64,000 nucleotides of DNA from Rhynchopus sp. YZ270_cl-10. Its lineage: Eukaryota. Position numbers and translations under genes: made by a program. This document shows, piece after piece, positions 33,741-45,147 of the stretch (position 1 is the first letter of the stretch; the number at the start of each line of letters is the position of its first letter). Below the pieces are notes generated by a model. The model did not search any database. It was not told the DNA's origin and saw only the letters and a program-made list of their open reading frames with translations. Location of the stretch: positions 620,001 to 684,000 of the forward strand of contig OZ037844.1 in assembly GCA_964035575.1 (NCBI GenBank). The letters run 5' to 3'.

Positions 33741-34409
33741 GGTTTGTGAAGATGTTGATATTCAATGTTGTGTCTTTTATGCTGTTTCTTTTTGTGGAGG
33801 TTGTGAGGTGAGTGGTGGGTGTCCCTGAACTGCCTCCCGCCGATGACAAGCACAGACACAGGACAAACAGATGTGTTCCAAAATAACGTATCCCTTGTTC
33901 GTGACAGAGCCCTTGGCAACCAATTCGCTGTGTCGTAATCAAACCACCTAGAAGGCATCTTTGCCTTGTCCCTTACCCGACTCTGGAAGCGGGATCCTGG
34001 ATGAGGACTGCCCATGAGGAGGTGGGGGAGATGGAAAGAGCAACCGATGGGAAATGAGTGTTGAGAAAGACAGAGATGTCGTACCGAAACAAAAGTGGGG
34101 CAGGCAGTCGTTTCTATTTCCTATTGGAAAGCTGGGTTTTGAAAGGATAATGACAATAAAATACTGTGTTCGTAAAAATGGTGACCGTGTGAAGTACCAA
34201 ATGAAATGCAAAACCGTAAAATACGGACCAAACTATGTCCGGTCCAAACAGTTTATGAAGACGGAAATAATAATGGATGCTATCACACGCCTGTGACGTT
34301 GGTGCAGTGTCACCTTCACTTCCCTCTTTTCATTCCAAATGTCATTCCATCCCCCTTTGTGAGCTAACGCGATCCTCACGAAATACCAGGAAAAGCAAAA
34401 GAAAGCTAC

Positions 34410-36521
34410 TCACGCGGTGGGTTCGTCGCTGGCACCGTGTTCCAGGAGAACCTGCACCACATCTGCATGTGGTTTCTTCCTCGCACGCTGCAACGCAGTG
34501 TGGCCCGCCCTCGTCCTGTGATTCACATCCACCTCAGGCAAGCCAACAAGATAGCGCACAGTCTCGGTGTGTCCACGAAATGCCGCCAGGGTAAGACACG
34601 TGTCTCCTTTGTTATCTGTGACACACACTCCCGCACCTGCTTCCACCAACATCTTTACAAAAGCCAGTTCCCCTGAACGACAAGCCACGTGCAGAGGTGA
34701 ACTTCCCTTCTCGCTCTTTGCCTCGATGTCTGCCCCTGCATCAATTAGAACATGAACTATACCTGACTGCTTCCGAAACACTGCGCGGTGCAGTGAAGTG
34801 TAGCCCGTGTTATTTGACTGATTCACATCCACCTCAGGCATGCACAGAAGAGTACGCACAGTCTCGGTGTGTCCATAATACACCGCAAGGATAAGACACG
34901 TGTCTCCTATGTTGTCTGCAACACTCATGTCCGCACCTGCTTTGATCAACATCTTCGCAGCGTCCAGTGCCCCTGAGACACTGGCCACGAGAAGAGGCGA
35001 ACATCCGTCCTCGTCCTTTGCCTCGATGTCTGCCCCTGCATCAATGAGCACCTGCACTACATCTGCATGATTTTTCTCGGCTGCAAGGACCACTGCAGTG
35101 CAGTGATCAGTAGCTTTGTGATTCACGTCCACATCCTTCAAACCCACAAGATAGCGCACAGTCTCGGTGTGTCCAAAATATGCCGCAAGGATAAGACACG
35201 TGTTTCCTCCCTTGTCAATGGCACACACTCCCGCACCTGCTTTGACCAACATCTTCACAACAGAGAGTGATGCTGAACAACAAGCCAAGTGCAGAGGAGA
35301 ACGTCCCCTGTCATCCTTTGTCTCGACGCCAGCCCCTGCATCAATGAGCACCTGACACACTGCAGGGTCCGCCCACATGGCTGGACAGGGTCGGTCTTTC
35401 TCGTCTTCCTCCTTCCCGTGTGGGACAAGCCCAACGTTGCTGCAGACTGACTTCCAATGCTGCAAGAGGACCTCCGTGCACGCAGTGTGGTCTGCGTGGA
35501 CGCACTCACTCAGCAGCATCCCGAAGCCCATCTGCGTTGTCTCAACATACGGAAGAAGCAGTGTGAGGCATTCATCGTGGTTCCCTCTGCATGCCTCGTG
35601 CACAGCATCGAAGGAAACCGTTTTGCTGTCTGTGTGAGAGCTGAGCTTCTCAAGTCCCGCCCGCACGGCAGTCGTGTCGCCGTTCCTGGCAGCCTCCACC
35701 AAGGCAAAGTGGAGCACGTCCTCTGCCCCTGCAAGCACCGCACGCAGCACAAGAGCTGCCTCCTCATCAACAGGCTTGCCCACAGCACCGCCAGAAAGAA
35801 GTGCCTTCACACAGGCAAGGTGATGCCCAGCAACAGCAGCATCCAGCGCAGTCATCCCATCAACACAGTGTTCACAGTCTGCACCCTTCGCAACAAGAAA
35901 CTGCACCACATCCGCATCGCCACGGCACGCTGCAATGTACAGCGGACGTGCACGGCTCGCGTCGTTCTCACTGTGCACCTCCAGCCCTGCCCCAGACGCG
36001 ACGAGCAGCTCTGCACTCGCAAGATCCCCAAGGTGTGCAGCCACACACAACGGCTTGATGCGCCTCCCATTCAGGTCCAGCTTGTGTTCCTTCAGCAGCA
36101 TCGCAAGCACCTCCACTCGCTTCAGGTGCAGACAGGTCAGCAAGAGCTCGTCCACATCGACTTCCAAGCAGACACGGGTGTTGTCCGAGCATGACTTCCA
36201 ATGCTGCAAGAGGACCTCCGTGCACGCAGTGTGGTCTGCGTGGATGCACTCACTCAGCAGGATCCCAAAGCCGTTCGTTCGGTCAACGTAGTGGGGAAGA
36301 AGCCGTGCGAGGTCTTTATCGTGGTTCCCTCTGCATGCCTCGTGCACAGCATCGAAGGCAACCGTTTTGCTGTCTGTGTCTGGGCTGAGCTTCTCAAGTC
36401 CCACCCGCACGGCAGTCGTGTCGCCGTTCCTGGCAGCCTCCACCAAGACCGAGTCTGCAGAAAGCTTTCTTCTCTTTGGTGCCTTCTCGTCAGGTGTGCT
36501 GTCTGCGTGTCGCTTCGACAT
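34410..36521 (-). CDS. Ankyrin-repeat family protein, long form (703 aa)
   Basis: Start moved to the family MSKRHAD ATG at 36521; duplicated N-module. Confidence 0.9.
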   Translation of the reverse strand: MSKRHADSTPDEKAPKRRKLSADSVLVEAARNGDTTAVRVGLEKLSPDTDSKTVAFDAVHEACRGNHDKDLARLLPHYVDRTNGFGILLSECIHADHTACTEVLLQHWKSCSDNTRVCLEVDVDELLLTCLHLKRVEVLAMLLKEHKLDLNGRRIKPLCVAAHLGDLASAELLVASGAGLEVHSENDASRARPLYIAACRGDADVVQFLVAKGADCEHCVDGMTALDAAVAGHHLACVKALLSGGAVGKPVDEEAALVLRAVLAGAEDVLHFALVEAARNGDTTAVRAGLEKLSSHTDSKTVSFDAVHEACRGNHDECLTLLLPYVETTQMGFGMLLSECVHADHTACTEVLLQHWKSVCSNVGLVPHGKEEDEKDRPCPAMWADPAVCQVLIDAGAGVETKDDRGRSPLHLACCSASLSVVKMLVKAGAGVCAIDKGGNTCLILAAYFGHTETVRYLVGLKDVDVNHKATDHCTAVVLAAEKNHADVVQVLIDAGADIEAKDEDGCSPLLVASVSGALDAAKMLIKAGADMSVADNIGDTCLILAVYYGHTETVRTLLCMPEVDVNQSNNTGYTSLHRAVFRKQSGIVHVLIDAGADIEAKSEKGSSPLHVACRSGELAFVKMLVEAGAGVCVTDNKGDTCLTLAAFRGHTETVRYLVGLPEVDVNHRTRAGHTALQRARKKPHADVVQVLLEHGASDEPTA

Positions 36522-37403
36522 GGTTTTAATTCTGATCCTTTTTGTGGAGGTTGTGAGGTGAGTGGTGGGTGGTATACATTCTCCATAAAGATATCTGGAG
36601 GGCTGTGTGTGGCCTGCAGCATCCACACTGTGGACACAGATGCTGCACTTTGCCGCCAACAGGAAGCTGGACAGCAATCAGGAGATGACACGGAGATGGG
36701 CACGGGGCCTGAGGACAACGTTGCAGACGATTGGTAAGGCCGTGATGGACCGAGGGTGTTTGCGTGGCGACACGGCTGGTGTGCTCAGGGAACGTAGAAG
36801 TGTGAAGCTAGGGGTATTCCTATACATTTTTGCCTTGTCCGTTGCCAGTTACCCGGTACTGCGGAATTGGACTGCCCTTGTGGGGGGCGGAGAGGAGGTG
36901 GAGGAGGTGGAGATGCCTAGTAGCAAAGGTGTGTAGAAACCAATGGGAAATGAGTGTTGAGAAAGACAGAGATGTCGTACCGAAAACAAAAGTGGGGCAG
37001 GCAGTCGTTTCTATTTCCTATTGGAAAGCTGGGTTTTGAAAGAATAATACAGTGCCCTGTTCGTAGTACTGTGTACCGGTGGGGTGGGGGTGGGGATAAA
37101 AATTCTACCACAACCAACTATTCTGGGCCGGAACAAAACTGGAACACCCCAAAAATTCCAAGTGTCTCAGTTTTCTCTGCCCCAGAATATTTCTATCCAA
37201 AAATAGTTACGGCCCAGAATAGTTCCGTTCACGGTTTGGACGTTCATAGTTTGGTTCGACCAAACTATGACCGGTCCAAACGGTAATAATAATGGATGCT
37301 ATCACACGCCTGTAACGTTGGTGCAGTGTCACCTTCACTTCCTTCTTTTCATTCCAATTGTCATCCCCCCTTAAATGCCAGGAAAAGCCACCAAGAAAGC
37401 TAC

Positions 37404-38771
37404 TCACGCGGTGCGTTCGTCGCTGGCACCATGTTCAAGGAGAACCTGCACCACACCTGCATGTTGTTTCTGCCTCGCACGCTGCAACGCAGTGTGGCCC
37501 GCCCTCGTCCTGTGATTCACGTACACCTCTGGCAAGCCCACAAGATAGCGCACAACCTTGTTCTGTCCACGAAATGCCGCGAGCGTCAGGCATGTCTCTC
37601 CTCCGTTGTCTGTGACACAGACTCCTGCACCTGCTTCGACCAACATCTTCACCACGGCCAGTTCCCCTGAACGGCACGCCACGTGCAGAGGCGACCGTCC
37701 CATCTCGTCCTTTGTCTCGATGTCTGCCCCTGCATCAATGAGCAATTCCACCATAGCTGCATGAACTTTCAATACCGCATTGTGCAGTGCAGTGCGACCG
37801 CTCAGACCTCTCTGATTCATGTCTACCTCAGGCAAGCTAACAAGATAGCGCACAGTCTCGGTTTCTCCAAAATATGCCGCAAGGGTAAGACATGTGTCTC
37901 CTTCATTGTCTGCGACACGCACCTCCGCACCCGCTCTTACCAATATCTTCACAAGCGCAAGTTCCCCGTTCTCACTTGCCCAGTGCAGAGGCGAACGACC
38001 CAAGTTGTTCTTGGCCTCGATATCTGCCCCTGCATCAATGAGCACCTTAGCCACATCGGGATACTTTCCATCCACTGCACAGTGCAGCGCAGAACGGCAG
38101 TCGGCAGCTTTGTGATTCACATCCACATTCTTCAAACCCACAAGATAGCGCACAGTCTCTGTGTGTCCATTCCATGCTGCAAGTGTAAGACATGTTTCTC
38201 CTTCGTTGTCTGTGACACGCACATCCGCACTTGCTTCGACCAACATCTTCACAGTTGCGTGAAACTTGCCAGAAAAGCAAGCTACGAGCAGAGGAGAACG
38301 TCCCAAGTCGTCGTTTGTCTCGATGTCTGCCCCTGCATCAATGAGCACCTGACACACTGCAGGGTCCTCCCACATGGCTGGACAGGGTTGGTCTTCTTCT
38401 TCCTCCTGCCCGTGTGGGACAAACGCAACGTTGCTGCAGACTGACTTCCAATGCTGCAAGAGGACCTCCGTGCACGCAGTGTGGTCTGCGTGGACGCACT
38501 CACTCAGCAGCATCCCGAAGCCCATCTGCGTTGTCCTAACATACGGAAGAAGCAGTGCGAGGCATTCATCGTGGTTCCCTCTGCATGCCTCGTGCACAGC
38601 ATCGAAGGCAACCGTTTTGCTGTCTGTGTCTGGGCTGAGCTGCTCAAGTCCTGTCCGCACGGCAGTCGTGTCGCCGTTCCTGGCAGCCTCCACCAAGACC
38701 TCGTCTGCAGAAAGTGTTGTTCCGTTTGATGCCTTCTCGTCAGGTGTGCTGTCTGCGTGTCGCTTCGACAT
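37404..38771 (-). CDS. Ankyrin-repeat family protein, SNGTT type (455 aa)
   Basis: Start moved to the family ATG at 38771; ankyrin triads. Confidence 0.9.
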   Translation of the reverse strand: MSKRHADSTPDEKASNGTTLSADEVLVEAARNGDTTAVRTGLEQLSPDTDSKTVAFDAVHEACRGNHDECLALLLPYVRTTQMGFGMLLSECVHADHTACTEVLLQHWKSVCSNVAFVPHGQEEEEDQPCPAMWEDPAVCQVLIDAGADIETNDDLGRSPLLVACFSGKFHATVKMLVEASADVRVTDNEGETCLTLAAWNGHTETVRYLVGLKNVDVNHKAADCRSALHCAVDGKYPDVAKVLIDAGADIEAKNNLGRSPLHWASENGELALVKILVRAGAEVRVADNEGDTCLTLAAYFGETETVRYLVSLPEVDMNQRGLSGRTALHNAVLKVHAAMVELLIDAGADIETKDEMGRSPLHVACRSGELAVVKMLVEAGAGVCVTDNGGETCLTLAAFRGQNKVVRYLVGLPEVYVNHRTRAGHTALQRARQKQHAGVVQVLLEHGASDERTA

Positions 38772-38822
38772 GGTTTTAATTCTGATCCTTTTTGTGGAGG
38801 TTGTGAGGTGAGTGGTGGGTGG

Positions 38823-39040
38823 TATACATTCTCCATAAAGACAACTGGAGGGCTGTGGCCTGCAGCATCCACACTGTGGACACAGATGCTGCACTTTGCC
38901 GCCAACAGGAAGCTGGACAGCAATCAGGAGATGACACGGAGATGGGCACGGGGCCTGAGGACAACGTTGCAGACGATTGGTCAGGCCGTGATGGACCGAG
39001 GGTGTTTGCGCAGTGATACGGTTAGTGCGCTCAGGGAACG
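38823..39040 (+). mobile_element. Possible 3' fragment of an RLE-type (CRE/R2-group) non-LTR retrotransposon ORF; other copies at ~29673, 31708, 36573 and 56893
   Basis: Translates as Y(T/P)FSIKTTGGLWPAASTLW...RRWARGLRTTLQ, resembling the PFxxETxGGxGP...W...LSxxLQ tail of restriction-like endonuclease domains. Recognised by eye only. Confidence 0.4.
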
Positions 39041-39643
39041 TAGAAGTGTGAAGCTAGGGGTATTCCTATACATTTTTGCCTTGTCCGTTGCCAGTTACCC
39101 GGTACTGCGGAATATGACTGCCCTTGTGGGGGGCGGAGAGGAGGTGGAGTTGCCTAGTAGCAAAGGTGTGTAGAAACCAATGGGAAATGAGTGTTGAGAA
39201 AGACAGAGATGTCGTACCGAAAACAAAAGTGGGGCAGGCAGTCGTTTCTATTTCCTATTGGAAAGCTGGGTTTTGAAAGAATAATACAGTGCCCTGTTCG
39301 TAGTACTGTGTACCGGTGGGGTGGGGGTGGGGATAAAAATTCTACCACAACCAACTAATCTGGGCCGGAACAAAACTGGAACACCCCAAAAAATTCCAAG
39401 TGTCTCAGTTTTCTCCTGCCCCAGAATATTTCTATCCAAAAATAGTTACGGCCCAGAATAGTTCCGTTCACGGTTTGGACGTTCATAGTTTGGTTCGACC
39501 AAACTATGACCGGTCCAAACGGTAATAATAATGGATGCTGATCACACGCCTGTAACGTTGGTGCAGTGTCACCTTCACTTCCTTCTTTTCATTCCAATTG
39601 TCATCCCCCCTTAAATTCCAGGAAAAGCCACCAAGAAAGCCAC

Positions 39644-41755
39644 TCACGGGGTGGGTTCGTCGCTGGCACCATGTTCAAGGAGAACCTGCACCACACCTGC
39701 ATGTTGTTTCTGCCTCGCACGCTGCAGCGCAGTGTGGCCCGCCCTCGTCCTGTGATTCACATCTACCTCAGGCAAGCCCACAAGATAGCGCACAGTCTCG
39801 TTCTGTCCACGAAATGCCGCGAGCGTCAGACATGTCTCCCCTCCGTTGTCTGCGACACAGACTCCTGCACCTGCTTCGACCAACATTTTCACCACGGCCA
39901 GTTCCCCTGAACGGCACGCCACATGCAGAGGCGACCGTCCCATCTCGTCCTTTGTCTCGATGTCTGCCCCTGCATCAATGAGCACATGAACTATACCTGA
40001 GTGCTTATGTGACACTGCTTTGTGCAGTGAAGTGGAGCCCCTGTTATTTGACTGATTCACATCCACCTCAGGCATGCACAGAAGAGTACGCACAGTCTCG
40101 GTCTGTCCATTCCATGCCGCCAGGGTAAGACACGTGTCTCCAATGTTGTCTGAGGCACTCACATCCGCACCTGCTTTGAGCAAGATCTTCACAGTGTCGA
40201 GAGACCCATCCTTGCTGGCTCTGAGCAGAGGCGAATACCCCTCTTCCCCCTTTGCCTCGATGTCTGCACCTGCATCAATGAGCACCTTCGCCACATCGGG
40301 GTGATCTTCTTGACCTGCCCAGTGCAACGCAGTGAAGTCATCATCTGCGTGATTCACGTCCACCTCAGGCAAGTCCACTAGATAGCGCACAGTCTCGGTG
40401 TGTCCAAAATACGCCTCTAGGGTAAGACAGGTATGTCCTTCAATGTCTCTGGCACTCACGTCCGCACCTGCTTTGAGCAACATCATGACAGTGTCTGCTG
40501 CTCCTTCGTTTACTGCAAAGAGCAGAGGCGAAAATCCCTCCTCGTCCTTTGTCTCGATGTCTGCACCTGCATCAATGAGCACCTGACACACTGCAGGGTC
40601 CGCCCACATGGCTGGGCAAGGTCGGTCTTCTTCTTCCTCCTGCCCGTGTGGGACAAACGCAACGTTGCTGCAGACTGACTTCCAATGCTGCAAGAGGACC
40701 TCCGTGCGCGCAGTGTGGTCTGCGTGGACGCACTCACTCAGCAGCATCCCAAAGCCCATCTGCGTTGTCTCAACATACGGAAGAAGCAGTGCGAGGCATT
40801 CATCGTGGTTCCCTCTGCATGCCTCGTGCACAGCATCGAAGGACACCGTTTTGCTGTCTGTGTCTGGGCTGAGCTTCTCAAGTACCGCCCTCACGGCAGT
40901 CGTGTCGCCGTTCCTGTCAGCCACCGAGGCGAAGTGGAGCACGTCCTCTGCCCCTGCAAGCATCGCACGCAGCACAAGAGCTGCCTCCTCATCAACAGGC
41001 TTGCCCACAGCACCGCCAGAAAGAAGTGCCTTCACACAGGCAAGGTGATGCCCAGCAACAGCAGCATCCAGCGCAGTCATCCCATCAACACAGTGTTCAC
41101 AGTCTGCACCCTTCGCAACAAGAAACTGCACCACATCCGCATCGCCACGGCACGCTGCAATGTACAGCGGACGTGCACAGCTCGCGTCATTCTCACTGTG
41201 CACCTCCAGCCCTGCCCCAGACGCGACGAGCAGCTCTGCACTCGCAAGATCCCCAAGGTGTGCAGCCACACACAACGGCTTGATGCGCCTCCCATTCAGG
41301 TCCAACTTGTGTTCCTTCAGCAGCATCGCAAGCACCTCCACTCGCTTCAGGTGCAGACAGGTCAGCAGGAGCTCGTCCACATCGACTTCCAAGCAGACAC
41401 GGGTGTTGTCCGAGCATGACTTCCAATGCTGCAAGAGGACCTCAGTGCACGCAGTGTGGTCTGCGTGGATGCACTCACTCAGCAGCATCCCGAAGCCGTT
41501 CGTTCGGTCAACGTAGTGGGGAAGAAGCCGTGCGAGGTCTTTATCGTGGTTCCCTCTGCATGCCTCGTGCACAGCATCGAAGGCAACCGTTTTGCTGTCT
41601 GTGTCTGGGCTGAGCTTCTCAAGTCCCACCCGCACGGCAGTCGCGTCGCGGTTCCTGGCAGCCTCCACCAAGACCACCAAGACCGAGTCTGCAGAAAGCT
41701 TTCTTCTCTTTGGTGCCTTCTCGTCAGGTGTGCTGTCTGCGTGTCGCTTCGACAT
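39644..41755 (-). CDS. Ankyrin-repeat family protein, long form (703 aa)
   Basis: Duplicated N-module, 9-nt microduplication (VLVVLV), mosaic C-terminal triads. Confidence 0.9.
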   Translation of the reverse strand: MSKRHADSTPDEKAPKRRKLSADSVLVVLVEAARNRDATAVRVGLEKLSPDTDSKTVAFDAVHEACRGNHDKDLARLLPHYVDRTNGFGMLLSECIHADHTACTEVLLQHWKSCSDNTRVCLEVDVDELLLTCLHLKRVEVLAMLLKEHKLDLNGRRIKPLCVAAHLGDLASAELLVASGAGLEVHSENDASCARPLYIAACRGDADVVQFLVAKGADCEHCVDGMTALDAAVAGHHLACVKALLSGGAVGKPVDEEAALVLRAMLAGAEDVLHFASVADRNGDTTAVRAVLEKLSPDTDSKTVSFDAVHEACRGNHDECLALLLPYVETTQMGFGMLLSECVHADHTARTEVLLQHWKSVCSNVAFVPHGQEEEEDRPCPAMWADPAVCQVLIDAGADIETKDEEGFSPLLFAVNEGAADTVMMLLKAGADVSARDIEGHTCLTLEAYFGHTETVRYLVDLPEVDVNHADDDFTALHWAGQEDHPDVAKVLIDAGADIEAKGEEGYSPLLRASKDGSLDTVKILLKAGADVSASDNIGDTCLTLAAWNGQTETVRTLLCMPEVDVNQSNNRGSTSLHKAVSHKHSGIVHVLIDAGADIETKDEMGRSPLHVACRSGELAVVKMLVEAGAGVCVADNGGETCLTLAAFRGQNETVRYLVGLPEVDVNHRTRAGHTALQRARQKQHAGVVQVLLEHGASDEPTP

Positions 41756-42125
41756 GGTTTGTGAAGATGTTGATATTCAATGTTGTGTCTTTTATGCTGT
41801 TTCTGTTTGCGGAGGTTGTGAGGTGAGTGGTGGGTGTCTCACCTCGAATATGCAGAGTGAGCCCCACATACCAGGATGCGGGCCCATTCACCAGGTTCTG
41901 TCAACAGGGGAAACGTGTGAATCACCCCCTTTCAGCCACACCACAAAACGAATACACGCACTGTCTACGAGCGTTCCCTATCTATGAAACTTGTTGGGAA
42001 GTAAAAAAGGGTGTTTTTTTTTTTTTGTTTTTTTTCTGCAGCTTTTTTTGATTGATATTCGCTTGATGGTTCCCCCTTTTTTTGCCTTTTACTTTGGTTT
42101 TTGTTCAATGCCTTTGATTTGGGCA

Positions 42126-42927
42126 CAGGGTATTAGCTTGGTACTCAGAATTAGGTTCAAAAACCTAATTCTGAAATTTTTCGGGGGAAAAAAAAAAATA
42201 TAGATTTGGATTTCGGGGGGGGGGGGGGGGGGGAAATATGGGGGAAAGAACCGTGGTTGAACCACGGGAGTACGCAGTACCCTTGGGAACTGGGTTGCTG
42301 ACCGCACCATCCAGGCTGTACCTTAAAATTTTTTTGCCTGCGGCGCCATTTTTCCTTTTTTGCTCCGCAAAAAAGGGTTCGTTGAGCTCCATTTGACGGA
42401 CGGAGCTTGAACCCAACTATGAGTGAGAAAAAAGATGTGGCGAAAAGAATAAAAGTAGCGTACCGTGCGCCTGCGGCGCAAGCTTTCACACCCTTCCCAT
42501 GACATTGTTTGCCTATAAAATAGTGCAATTTTAAAGCGCGATTTTAGAAATGTTGCATGCCGTGGCTTCGCCAGGAACCTTTGGGTGCCATGGCCACCGT
42601 TTCTTGTAAATGTATTGAGGTTACCGACAATAAGGCTGACACCCACTACGGATTGCGGATCACCAGTGGCTGAAAGCTACCAAGGTTGCACAGAGGAGGG
42701 GAGGCTTTTCCGCAGGGTTGGGGTGGTGTAGGTTTGCCGTGGTCACAAAATACCGAGAAAATTTTTCGCTTCGTTTCCCCCACAGAAAAAAATGACTGCC
42801 TCACACAAAACCACCTTTTTGGTGGGGGCTAGGGGGGCTATATAATACCCTGCTATAACCCCACCAAAAAAAAAAATTTCAAAAAACCTAATTCTGGAAA
42901 AAATCCAAAATCCAAGCTTATACCCTG
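42126..42927. mobile_element. Non-autonomous hAT-like element (802 bp)
   Basis: TIR CAGGGTATTAGCTTGG...CCAAGCTTATACCCTG with a perfect 8-bp TSD TTTGGGCA; subterminal ACCTAATTCTG motifs. Confidence 0.85.
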
Positions 42928-43090
42928 TTTGGGCAATGACAAAAAAAAAAAAAAAAAAAACAGAAAAAACTGGGTAACTATGTACCCCGACGTACACACA
43001 CTCAAATTAGGTTAGGGCGGCTGATGGGGGAAAAGCGCCCCCCTCTCTCGCTTGACACGAACCCTTCTTCTCTTCTCTGCTTATCACTTC

Positions 43091-45147
43091 TCACTTCTTC
43101 TTGACAATCCTTCTCTTGACGACAACCTTCTTCTTCGGTGCAGCCTTCACCCGCTTCGCTGCTGGCGCGCTGTCTGCGGATGTGTCCTGCTCCGCTGCCT
43201 TTCGCTTCCTTGCTGGCTGCTCTGCATCTCCCACCGTCGCCTCCCCTTTCAGAACGCTCTCTCCCTGCGGAAGTGACGCTAACAATGCCTCTGCCATTTC
43301 CTGTTGTGGTGTTCACAATTTTACTTCAAAAAGCATCATAGTACGAAGCGGGGCAGGGCTGCCTTGATAGAAAAAAAGACCCATATTAAGCGGAGGTTTG
43401 ACAGTTTTGTTTTTTTTTTGTTTTTATGTTTATTCTGTTTTGTATTTTCACTGTAGTAACTTTATTAGCGGAGGGGGTGTCAGAAACACCATATTTTTTG
43501 TGTTATTTATGAGGGTTTTTTTTGACATACCTGCCCGATCCCGAGAATCGCAAATTTGTCTTGCAAGCGCACCGATGATGTCTCATCTTCAGCGATCGCG
43601 ACGCACGCTGCCTCAATTGCCAGCGCACGCAGCTCATCCACCCCTGCAAGCAGGTTGGCCACCAACGGCGCCGCGTTGAAGATGCCTGCAGGGATCTTAT
43701 ACTCTTCGCTGTTAAACTCGGAGACGATTTCGTCGATGAAAGGGCCAAGCGCTTCTTTGCTCTCCCATGGAAGGAGCAGGACTGACGTTCCTATGCACCC
43801 CATCCTTCCTGTACGACCAATGCGATGGGTGTACACACGAGAGTCGTTTGGCGGCTGAAAGTGAAGAACGTAGTCCACCTCACGGACGTCAATTCCAAAG
43901 GCACATTCGTCTGTGCTGAGGAGAATGCCGTTCTCGTCGTTTAAGAAGGCGTTGAAGCGTTTGCTTCTCTGGACTTCCGAGACGCCAGCATGCAGGCAAT
44001 GTGTGTTGACCTGCCACAGCACCCCATAATCGTTCGACCGACTCACCTCTCTCAAGATTGCCGCAATGTATTCAAGCGTTTCGGAGTTGTTGAAAAAGAT
44101 GAAGTGCTTCTTTTTTGGGTGTTTGTTCAGCAAATAGATCAGCGCGGTTAACGCCTGGCTTGACGGGGCGTACAAATGGGTGTTCCGCAGATTAATCAGC
44201 GTCGTAGACTTATCCTCAATTTTGTAGATCTTTCCTTTGTGGATGGAAGGGTCCTGCACGACATCCCCGCTGTCTTCTTGAACGATGATTGCGTCGGTTT
44301 GCGCATCACGCTCAACAGGAACGATGCTCTCTGCTACTATCGCTTTCGGGGGAAGGGTGGAACGTAGACCACGCTCGGAAATGAATTTCTTGACCGAGCT
44401 GGTGGATTGCACTGTTGCACCGAAAAGGCCAAAGGTAAGCGGCACGGTGCGGCCTTCATCAATAAGCTCCAAGACCTTTTGGACGGTTGAATACGATTTG
44501 TCAAGCACCACATCTGCCTCGTCGATGACGATCGTAGCATTGTCCGCAAACCGGATAGCCCGTTTGTTCCGCTTGCAGTACCGCAACACCTCCAAAACGC
44601 TCTGCGGGGTTGCCACCACAATCGTCCCACCACCCTTCGGAATTTTGTCGAACTTCTTCATTTCTTTGTCGGGCGACGTGTTTGTATCACCCCAGGTCAC
44701 AATCTTCACATTGTGCGCCGCAGAGTTGACCAACTGCCTGCAAATAATAAAGGTCTGCCTCGACAGCGTTCTCGAAGGTGACAGCACCAAGGTGGCAATG
44801 TCTTTGGTTCTGACAGGGAGGCCGGTTTTGGCGACGGAGACCTCACTGTCGTGCATGATACGGTGCAGGACAGGGAGGAGAAAGGACAGTGTTTTGCCGC
44901 TTCCGGTTGAGGCCTCGACAATGACGGAGGTACCTGCCCGGCTGAAGAGGGGTACTGCCATCCGCTGGATGTTCGTGGCATGAGAGAAGAACAGCACCGA
45001 CCGCAGTGTCTTCAGCATGCAGGGGTGCAGCTTCGGGCGCATGCTCTCCCACACCTCGGTCAGCACAGCGTCGTCTGCGCTCTTCTCGATGGGCTCGGTT
45101 CTGCGTGCAACGCGAAGCACGTTGACATCTCCCCGAGACGCTTCCAT
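43091..45147 (-). CDS. DEAD-box RNA helicase, DDX55/Spb4-like, 2 exons: 43531-45147 and 43091-43300 (~608 aa)
   Basis: Q motif TNIQ, ASTGSGKT, SPSRTL, DEAD, variant motif III GAT, FGID and HRIGRTGR. The GTATGT...CAG intron 43301-43530 joins a basic K/R-rich tail in frame. Subfamily call is tentative. Confidence 0.88.

Noticed and set aside
36522..36677. N-terminal extensions of ORFs 34410-36677, 37404-38894 and 31168-31893
   Set aside because: They run through leader and spacer sequence; the family start is the conserved MSKRHAD ATG.
43091..43297. Stand-alone 68-aa histone-H1-like basic protein
   Set aside because: Better explained as the last exon of the DEAD-box helicase through an in-frame GT-AG intron.
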